DNA of 64,000 nucleotides from an uncultured Bdellovibrionales bacterium (GTDB lineage Bacteria; Bdellovibrionota_C; UBA2361; CAIXSY01): NCBI GenBank assembly GCA_964510065.1, contig CAZEAC010000006.1, positions 6,748 to 70,747 of the forward strand, read 5' to 3'. Shown piece by piece: positions 57,658 to 64,000 of this stretch (position 1 is its first letter; each line of letters starts with the position of its first letter). The notes under the pieces were generated by a model. It saw only the letters and a program-made list of their open reading frames with translations, ran no database searches and was not told where the DNA came from. The position numbers and the translations under genes were made by a program.

Positions 57658-59829
57658 GTGTCTTTATTATTTCTAAGACGGGCTTCATTCTTCCTAGCAA
57701 TAGTGGCTAGCTCTACTATTTCTCTTCTAAAAGTTGCCCGAGCAGATGATCCTGCTCCAGTTAAACCGAGCTGCTGTATTGGAATCTACAGTAACGACGA
57801 TCCCGCTCTCTTTACCGATGCAAATGGTTGGTTAAACGCACAGAAACAGTGCACGATTAAACAACTTTACTCAACTCAAGATGTGGATTTGGGATTAATG
57901 CAAGAAACTGAGGCTGACTGCGGCAAGCTCTATGTTTACCATGCAAAGCATGGCCCCGCTTGCGACTCGATCTTCACCGCTGTTAATGTCTGCGCTAAAA
58001 CATACCAAAACTGCGACATCGACTTTACTAGCGTGTCGTGCAGCTCCTTTTCTAACAAATATTTCGCAGATAACTATATTGCAAGCCTGAAGTTGTCAGA
58101 AGCTTCCTTAGGTAGGAAAATTTCGATAACAGGCGAGCAGACAAATTCTTTTAGGGGTCGGCCGGAGTGTTCTGTTACGCTTACATACGAATTGCAAGAT
58201 CGCTCATTAAGTTGTTCGGTCGGTGCCTGCGTTCCTGCTGGTACAACATGCAGTCCAGTTGATGCAATGGTAAACTGCTCTGTTCAAGGTGGCGTTGCAA
58301 ACCAAACTTGCTGCCCATTGGTTGCTCAGATGGATGGTGGACCATATGTAGATATGGCTGACGCCTTTCAATTGGGTTACTTCTCTCCGATTAACACATC
58401 ATGCCCAAACGCTGATCGTGCTTGCTATTTAAAATATGATTCAACCACTAAGCAATTCTCCCCGCCCGCTGAGAATTTTATTTACCCTGCCGAGGCATGC
58501 CCTGGCACGCTTGAGGGGCTTTCTGCCGCAACTCCATACTCCTTAGTTGATAAATGCAGCGGTGCAAAGTGCGAATTTAAATGTCGTGAAGGATGGGAAC
58601 TAAGCTCCGCCGGATACCCTTTCGATCATCCCGGCTTGACTTGCGTACCTAAATACCGATGCCTAGGGTTGTTACCCGAGGAAGCTACTTTAAATCATAT
58701 GAGACTTTGTGCCGGATATGGACAGAAGCTAACTTACGATCAAAATACGGCACTTGTCGAACCGTATCAGTGCCCGTCCAATCGTAGCCATTGCAGCGTC
58801 ATCTGTGATGCTGGCTATCACAAAGAGGGCCCAACGTGCGTATTGGATTATGCTTGTTCAGGTGCACTTCCAGCTTATTCTCAACTTTGCGCAGATTCAC
58901 ACGGCATATCCGATGCGGTTGGCCTCAGATCCCCCGAAAAGAGAACTGGAGTTGCTGCTTGTTCGGATCAGAAAAAATGTGAATACCGATGTCTCAGTGA
59001 AGGAGGATATATACCTACCGCCGATGGATTGAGCTGTTTTCAACCAAAATGTACCGGCACGGCTCCGGCTCATGCCTTACTGTGCTCAGACTCACAAGAT
59101 ATAAACGACGATAAGATGTTGACTGCTAATGTGCCCATAAGCTTAGTGGGCACCTGTACTGATCAGAAGAAGTGCGAATATGAGTGCATGATCGGTAACA
59201 TCTTAAGCCCCGACGGTAAAAGCTGTGTGCCCGCTGTCTGTACGGGGCTCATTCCCTCCTACAGCGCTCTTTGCCTGAATTCTAACGGCACTCGTGATGA
59301 CGTAACGCTACCTGCAAACACTCCTTGGTTACTGACAAATTCTTGCAGTGACGAGCGTAAATGTGAGCGTACTTGCCTGCCTGGTTACATTCCAACCGCT
59401 GACGGTCAAAATTGTTTCAAGCCGAAATGCTTAGGACCGGTACCATCTAGAGCAGTGCTCTGCTCCGGAGATGATCTACAACTATCGGGAGATACCCAGC
59501 GAGCACTTAAAGGAAGCTGCACAGACTCATACAAATGTGAGTACGTTTGCAATAGCAGCTCGTACCTCGAATACGTTACAAATAGCTGTCAACCTCGTCC
59601 CAAAACAAGCGCGAATTGTGTCTTTGATCCAAATTCAGGAACCGAAACTTGTTACGGAGTTCCTGGCAACACCGGCAGTAGTGGTAATCGATGCCTATTC
59701 GGTTGCTACGATCGTACGACGTCAGACGGATGCATGACAGACGACACTCAGTGCGCATGCCCGCGCCGATGCTGGTACCTGTCGGATCCAAAATCTTCAG
59801 ATTACAGCTGTAAGCCGGGTTGTACCTAG
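57658..59829 (+). CDS. Large secreted cysteine-rich protein with about five tandem ~65-aa six-cysteine modules (sushi/CCP-like spacing)
   Basis: Signal peptide, then modules of the form C-x-G-x2-P-x4-L-C ... C-(S/T)-D-x2-K-C-E-(Y/R)-x-C ... C-x3-C repeated across roughly 58470-59580, with an additional Cys-rich C-terminus. Confidence 0.55.
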   Translation: MSLLFLRRASFFLAIVASSTISLLKVARADDPAPVKPSCCIGIYSNDDPALFTDANGWLNAQKQCTIKQLYSTQDVDLGLMQETEADCGKLYVYHAKHGPACDSIFTAVNVCAKTYQNCDIDFTSVSCSSFSNKYFADNYIASLKLSEASLGRKISITGEQTNSFRGRPECSVTLTYELQDRSLSCSVGACVPAGTTCSPVDAMVNCSVQGGVANQTCCPLVAQMDGGPYVDMADAFQLGYFSPINTSCPNADRACYLKYDSTTKQFSPPAENFIYPAEACPGTLEGLSAATPYSLVDKCSGAKCEFKCREGWELSSAGYPFDHPGLTCVPKYRCLGLLPEEATLNHMRLCAGYGQKLTYDQNTALVEPYQCPSNRSHCSVICDAGYHKEGPTCVLDYACSGALPAYSQLCADSHGISDAVGLRSPEKRTGVAACSDQKKCEYRCLSEGGYIPTADGLSCFQPKCTGTAPAHALLCSDSQDINDDKMLTANVPISLVGTCTDQKKCEYECMIGNILSPDGKSCVPAVCTGLIPSYSALCLNSNGTRDDVTLPANTPWLLTNSCSDERKCERTCLPGYIPTADGQNCFKPKCLGPVPSRAVLCSGDDLQLSGDTQRALKGSCTDSYKCEYVCNSSSYLEYVTNSCQPRPKTSANCVFDPNSGTETCYGVPGNTGSSGNRCLFGCYDRTTSDGCMTDDTQCACPRRCWYLSDPKSSDYSCKPGCT

Positions 59830-60464
59830 AAACTAGTACCTCGACCAGTAAGTTTTTTCACCTCAAAGATGTCGGTCTCGGTGGATGGCGCCGAGGAGAG
59901 TGTGCAGCTCCGCGATCAGGCGCAATCCAGCATCTGCGTAGTGCCTTCGGAAGCACTCTGCGATGAAGTTGAGCAGCTATTCGGCAGACCGATGCTTGGG
60001 TTTATCTGACGCATCTTGCGAGGTTTGCGGGCAGTATTTGCTTGTTCGCACTTAGTATTTCCGGTACTAAAATCAAAATTTGAATCCGCGTTGAGGAAGA
60101 TTATGGGAGCTAAATCAGCTTGCAGGTCGGAACACTGTAGACAATCGCTTCCTGCGGCTGAAAGTACGAATGGGGTCGAGCAGTTACGCGAGTGAGTGGC
60201 TGGGCAAGATTAAATTGGTTAAAAAGACGAGAGCTGCGCATCGAGGGCACGCGAGACAATGACGCTCAAGATCGTACTGAACATGATTTGTCCCGAGGAA
60301 AAGGCCACCGCCAACTCTTACATGATGAACTTTGATTATATTTGTTGGCTCCCCAACAGCTGATGTAACCATCAGTTTTGATTCCACACGACTGGTCTGC
60401 ACCGCCCGCGATCGTAGTAATAGTCACGCTCGCAGGAGGTGTAGTATAATCTTTCAGACTCGGT

Positions 60465-60545
60465 GAGATCTCTGCAGCTACCTATTCTGATATCTCGCCA
60501 GCTGCACCTTATAGAATCGAATAATATTTGGATCCTTCACCAATC
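60465..60545. repeat. Dispersed repeat family C, copy 2. It forms the last 24 codons and the stop of the TPR gene
   Basis: About 90% identical to 54122-54201, and extends about 15 bp past the TAG stop at 60478-60480. Confidence 0.8.
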
Positions 60546-60906
60546 CACCCTCGATCTTATCGCCGACCTCACCGAGGTACGTGCCTGCCGCATTGAGATC
60601 GCGCGCACTTAATTGACAGCAAATCAGAAAGAGCAGGCCGACAATAGTTTCAGGATCAGCTTTCAGCGCCTGTTGAGCTGCAGTTGCGGCAAGGTCAGCC
60701 TCGTTTTTTTGCATATGGACACAACACATGCCAAGCCAAGCCGGCGCAAAATCACCCGCAACTTCTGTGAGACCCGTAAAAATTATTTCGGCACGCCGCA
60801 TATCGCCATTCTCAAGGAGAAAACGGCCAAGCTCGTAGATATGCGCAAGCTCCTCGTCCGAATAGCCACGCTTCAAGACTTCTGATGGTGAACGATTTCG
60901 CGCCAT
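60478..60906 (-). CDS. TPR protein resembling class II type III secretion chaperones (SycD/LcrH/CesD-like)
   Basis: 142 aa with 3 TPR-like repeats whose pattern (YELGRFLLENGDMRRAEIIF...WLGMCCVHMQKNEADLAATAAQQALKADPE...ICCQLSARDLNAA) parallels LcrH-family chaperones. It lies 4 bp after the preceding ORF in the sct operon. Confidence 0.45.
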   Translation of the reverse strand: MARNRSPSEVLKRGYSDEELAHIYELGRFLLENGDMRRAEIIFTGLTEVAGDFAPAWLGMCCVHMQKNEADLAATAAQQALKADPETIVGLLFLICCQLSARDLNAAGTYLGEVGDKIEGGLVKDPNIIRFYKVQLARYQNR

Positions 60907-60909
60907 CGC

Positions 60910-61200
60910 TTAGTCCTCCCCTTTAGCTCCCGTTTCGGGCTGCACTTCGAGCCAATCGAGAACCTGACGAAGCATCGCTTCCTCGGCGGCGTGCCGCCGC
61001 AAAGCCGATTGGAACGAGCCGCTCGGCCGTCCTCCGGAATCCGTACTTAGTTCATTTTTTAACCCCTTCACACGCTCGTAACGTGCGTAAAAAGATGAAG
61101 TCAACGCTTCAAGTTTGCCGATTTTTCCCATTATCGGCAGCAACGAAACCATCGGAAATAGCGTGAAGCTATCAGGATCTGAAAATTGCGGCTTTTTCAT
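60910..61200 (-). CDS. Hypothetical 96-aa protein translationally coupled to sctU
   Basis: ATGA overlap with the sctU stop. No NPTH/FlhB C-domain motif and no recognised family. Confidence 0.4.
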   Translation of the reverse strand: MKKPQFSDPDSFTLFPMVSLLPIMGKIGKLEALTSSFYARYERVKGLKNELSTDSGGRPSGSFQSALRRHAAEEAMLRQVLDWLEVQPETGAKGED

Positions 61201-61853
61201 CGTTGACGACTCTCCTCGATCTCAATTTCAGCGCTACTCATTCGGAACTGTATCATAAAAGCCGCCCTCGATATAAGCCAACAAACCGGCATGGCAATAA
61301 TCGCACCAATGGCGATGTACGGCGAAACCGCACCAAGAAAATCAAGCGGCCAGCTTCCGAAATGGAGGGGCTCCCTCGTGAGCATGCTCATCACATCTCG
61401 CACTACCATTAATGTGAGTCCCAGCGCCGCCCCCACAAAAATAATGGGAAGTAGTACTCGACCAACTATACCAGTATCGCGACGGACTCGCCGGGCCTCG
61501 CTCCACGGATTGAGCCGCTCGAAGCGAATGCCGACGAGCTCGCCCAAGAAAAGAAATCTTGTCTGAAGTAGCGCAACGGCTACGCGGGCCACCACAACTG
61601 CTAGCAACGGCAGAAGAAGCAGCGAGCCAGCTTTTCGCAAAAGCGGTACGAACTCTCCAGGACCTGTCCACGGCGACGACAATAGTACGCTCGTCTGATC
61701 AAGGACTCCAAGTAATTCTCGCTCCATCGCCACAAACGTCGCAAGCAGCGCTAAGATTCCTGCCATCGCTATCACGCCACGGCTGTAGTGAGCAATGCCC
61801 GTCTCCCAGAGCTCTTGCAATCGCGCACGTGTAGGTCCTTCAAGTCGCTCCAT
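61197..61853 (-). CDS. sctU: T3SS export apparatus protein SctU/FlhB, membrane domain only (C-terminal autocleavage domain absent)
   Basis: The N-terminus MERLEGPTRARLQELWETGIAHYSRGV matches the FlhB/SctU opening (E-K-T-E-x-P-T...), followed by four TM helices and FERLNPWSEARRV (compare FlhB FSKLNPLPGIKR). The ORF stops after FRMSSAEIEIEESRQR, at the position of the FlhB linker, and no NPTH motif is found in any downstream frame. Confidence 0.6.
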   Translation of the reverse strand: MERLEGPTRARLQELWETGIAHYSRGVIAMAGILALLATFVAMERELLGVLDQTSVLLSSPWTGPGEFVPLLRKAGSLLLLPLLAVVVARVAVALLQTRFLFLGELVGIRFERLNPWSEARRVRRDTGIVGRVLLPIIFVGAALGLTLMVVRDVMSMLTREPLHFGSWPLDFLGAVSPYIAIGAIIAMPVCWLISRAAFMIQFRMSSAEIEIEESRQR

Positions 61854-61859
61854 CGAGGT

Positions 61860-62459
61860 CTAGCCCCCACGCACAATAAAGAGAGCTGTTGGGCTCAAGG
61901 TCCTTGCGACAAGGCCCGGAGCCATGTTTGCTACAAGGGAGAGTAAGAAGATTATCAGTAGTGGGCGAAGTGCGAACAGTTCACAGGGGACCCGCACTCG
62001 AGCAGAGCGAGTAAAATACACCACCAAAAACTCAAAGAGCGCGATTACGCTCCACACCGAAAGCGCAATAGACGCAGCAATGAATAGCCCCGCGCCAAGA
62101 AGCGCCGTGCAGAAGCCGATTTGCAATGGCAGCGAATTTTCACTAAGAACTGTGAGCGCAACTTCAACAAAGTCGAAAAAGCTCGAAATATTGAACCAAA
62201 ATGCAATCGTCAATGGCAGCGCGACCAGCGAAAACACTTCACATGCGGGAGTACTCAACCTGTCGAGAAGGAGCCCCACCGCGCGGACTGCGAAAGGGAT
62301 GATACAAAGCGTACTTGAAAAGAGAAAGAAACCGAATGGAGAAGCATTCGGAAGCAACACCGAGAAGAAGACCATCCAGCCCAGTGCAAGCGTAAAAATC
62401 GCTAGCTGCGCTCCACTGCCCCAGGCAAATAAGCTTGCAACTATCGGCACCCAGATCAT
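61860..62459 (-). CDS. sctT: T3SS export apparatus protein SctT/FliR
   Basis: Polytopic membrane protein of 199 aa placed between sctS and sctU. Assigned mainly from the conserved gene order, because sequence motifs are weak. Confidence 0.5.
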   Translation of the reverse strand: MIWVPIVASLFAWGSGAQLAIFTLALGWMVFFSVLLPNASPFGFFLFSSTLCIIPFAVRAVGLLLDRLSTPACEVFSLVALPLTIAFWFNISSFFDFVEVALTVLSENSLPLQIGFCTALLGAGLFIAASIALSVWSVIALFEFLVVYFTRSARVRVPCELFALRPLLIIFLLSLVANMAPGLVARTLSPTALFIVRGG

Positions 62460-62692
62460 GGCTGATACGCAATCTGAAAAAGCCTAAGCACAGTATCTCG
62501 ATACAGCGGAAAAAGAAGGTAGAGTACTGCACAGATTGCGCAAAGCTTACAGGCGTACGCGACCACACCGTCCTGAATCGCAGTAGCGCTCATCAGCACC
62601 CCAACAATGACACCCGTGAGTGTCGCCGCACCCGCCACCGGAAGCACCAACACGAGCAAAGTCCGAATCGCTGAATTAAGTATCTCCTCCAT
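62456..62692 (-). CDS. sctS: T3SS export apparatus protein SctS/FliQ
   Basis: MEEILNSAIRTLLVLVLPVAGAATLTGVIVGVLMSATAIQDGVVAY... parallels FliQ, including the ATQIQE-like motif ATAIQD. The start is probably the internal Met. Confidence 0.7.
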   Translation of the reverse strand: MEEILNSAIRTLLVLVLPVAGAATLTGVIVGVLMSATAIQDGVVAYACKLCAICAVLYLLFPLYRDTVLRLFQIAYQP

Positions 62693-62694
62693 GG

Positions 62695-63273
62695 CTAAAG
62701 ATACCCCTGCAATAGCTTCTCGGTCACTGCACTCCAACCATTTATCGCGAAAAATACAAAAAGCTTCAGCGGAAGCGATATCAGCGTTGCGGGAAGCTGA
62801 GTTACATTGAGCAGCATCATCACGTTGACAATCAACAGATCAATTACGAGAAATGGAACGAGCAAGAGCAAAGCCAGTTGAAACGCCTCTGAGAGCTCAG
62901 TTACCAGAAAGGAAACGATCAGTGCTTCAAAACGAGGCGCTCCTTCTTGCGCCCCCACCTGTCGCGCTATCTTCGAGACTCGCTCGGTAACTTTAGGATC
63001 GCTGTTCCGCTCAAGAAACGGACGAAAGGTCGCGTCTAGCTCATTAAGCGACTTTCCCTTCAATAGCCCATCAAATCCGCCGATGCGATCAAACTGCGGT
63101 GCCATCACAAGAAGTGTCAGCGCCAAAGTTACGGAGAGCACAATGATGCCGAAGCCATTGCCGCCAAGCCCAGCGCCAATGCGTAGAATATTGAGCGCTG
63201 TGAAAATCTTCACAAAGCAGGTAAGCAGCAGCAAAGCCGCGATTCCCACAAGTGCTGCTGGAACTCCATCCAT
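62695..63273 (-). CDS. sctR: T3SS export apparatus protein SctR/FliP
   Basis: LVTELSEAFQLALLLLVPFLVIDLLIVNVMMLLNVTQLPATLISLPLKLFVFFAINGW matches the FliP/SctR conserved core (VTSELKTAFQIGF...PFLIIDLV...LPFKL...DGW). Confidence 0.8.
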   Translation of the reverse strand: MDGVPAALVGIAALLLLTCFVKIFTALNILRIGAGLGGNGFGIIVLSVTLALTLLVMAPQFDRIGGFDGLLKGKSLNELDATFRPFLERNSDPKVTERVSKIARQVGAQEGAPRFEALIVSFLVTELSEAFQLALLLLVPFLVIDLLIVNVMMLLNVTQLPATLISLPLKLFVFFAINGWSAVTEKLLQGYL

Positions 63274-63278
63274 AGCGC

Positions 63279-64000
63279 CTAATCCACACTAATCGCGAGC
63301 CGTCCCTCGTAGAGGCAAAGTGTTGCCTCTGCGACTCTCTCGCCATTTACCACCATCGAGACTCGGTTAGTAAGTTTTACTCCGGTATCCCAGATAGCAC
63401 CAACCTGTGCCATCTCAGCGATCGTGCCAGCGTCGAATCGAACAGTGCCAAATTCAATTGAAAGCCGAGTGGTCCCGTCGGGACATGGCGGCGAGAATAC
63501 TGGCCCTGGCGCGATTTCAAACCCCAGATTGCCATTTATGGTCACCAGTTTTCCGGGAAGCCAAGGTTTGCCGCCAAGCTTGAGTGTGAGCGCATCGCTT
63601 GGCGGAAGCTCAAGATCGATTCCGGCCTCCGACTTCATATAATCAATTAGCATTGAGGGCGGTACCGCAAGTTGCGCAACCTCTAAACTCACTTCCGGAG
63701 CTTTATCAAATTGCTTTGCCGACGAGCGAACCTGCCGCCGCCATAAGCCATCGAGACGTTCAACAAACATGCGTCCTAGAACGATCCATACCGTCGCTGG
63801 TGTGCCACGAATATCAATACCAACTTTAATCGCGCCGACGGCAGCTACATCTTGCGGCAAAATCTCGGCGTTAAAACGGACAACCGAAGCCTCCGGGCCG
63901 CTCCAGGAAAGCGCAAGACTTGTAAGGAAACGTCGCGCGATATATTGCCCAACAACTTTACTCGCGTGCGCGCCAATACCAGGTGACACTGCTTCAAAAA
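63279..64000 (-). CDS. sctQ: T3SS sorting-platform protein SctQ (FliN/YscQ/SpaO family), 5'-partial because the ORF runs off the window
   Basis: C-terminal SpoA-like segments (DLELPPSDALTLKLGGKPWLPGKLVTINGNLGFEIAPG; VKLTNRVSMVVNGERVAEATLCLYEGRLAISV). There is no stop between the annotated start and the window edge. Confidence 0.6.
   Translation of the reverse strand, partial: FEAVSPGIGAHASKVVGQYIARRFLTSLALSWSGPEASVVRFNAEILPQDVAAVGAIKVGIDIRGTPATVWIVLGRMFVERLDGLWRRQVRSSAKQFDKAPEVSLEVAQLAVPPSMLIDYMKSEAGIDLELPPSDALTLKLGGKPWLPGKLVTINGNLGFEIAPGPVFSPPCPDGTTRLSIEFGTVRFDAGTIAEMAQVGAIWDTGVKLTNRVSMVVNGERVAEATLCLYEGRLAISVD

Noticed and set aside
58754-59032. 92-aa alternate-frame ORF inside the cysteine-rich repeat gene
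   Set aside because: Nested in the other frame of a long ORF with strong repeat structure, and considered spurious.
60910-61200. 96-aa ORF as a split FlhB/SctU C-terminal domain
   Set aside because: The FlhB C-domain is about 90-170 aa with an invariant NPTH autocleavage site and a conserved PxxEnxxLAraLy region. Neither is present in this ORF or in other frames of 60478-61200. It is kept as an unknown sctU-coupled protein.
1-64000. CRISPR array, rRNA or tRNA genes
   Set aside because: No tandem direct-repeat/spacer arrays were seen. The repeats found are dispersed palindromes. No tRNA-like T-arm/acceptor patterns or rRNA-like conserved stretches were recognised in intergenic regions by eye. 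A tRNAscan/Infernal run would be needed to be certain.

Overview
The window is a gene-dense chromosomal segment from a Gram-negative bacterium of moderate GC with no rRNA, tRNA or CRISPR array visible by eye. Most of it is housekeeping and metabolism, all called from protein motifs and inferred rather than searched: class A PBP, HtrA, inorganic pyrophosphatase, MetAP, a 3-methylcrotonyl-CoA carboxylase beta/alpha pair, separate proline dehydrogenase and P5C dehydrogenase genes, RsmB, TrmL, RdgB, FNR, cytochrome c, MgtC and an MFS transporter. Between these sit many signal-peptide or hypothetical proteins, a hybrid histidine kinase-HDOD-receiver operon, a dynamin-like GTPase operon, a divergent pair of sigma-70-family factors, a HerA-like DUF853 ATPase next to an ArnT/PMT-like glycosyltransferase, and an M16C (PreP-like) peptidase. 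At least three families of short dispersed palindromic repeats are present (3, 2 and 2 copies), plus several isolated long hairpins. The most unusual stretch is 57.6-64.0 kb. It holds a 723-aa secreted protein built from about five tandem six-cysteine modules and an SPFH/prohibitin gene remnant interrupted by a perfect 18-bp inverted repeat. It also holds a minus-strand type III secretion export-apparatus operon (sctQ partial, sctR, sctS, sctT, sctU) in injectisome-like order. SctU in this operon ends at the membrane domain and lacks the C-terminal NPTH autocleavage domain. Behind it come an overlapping 96-aa unknown ORF and a TPR protein resembling class II translocator chaperones, whose 3' end is formed by one copy of a dispersed repeat. 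A hypothetical gene island at 52.8-57.0 kb (including a P-loop NTPase) lies between repeat copies. All calls come from motif recognition in the supplied translations and direct reading of the DNA. No database search was run.
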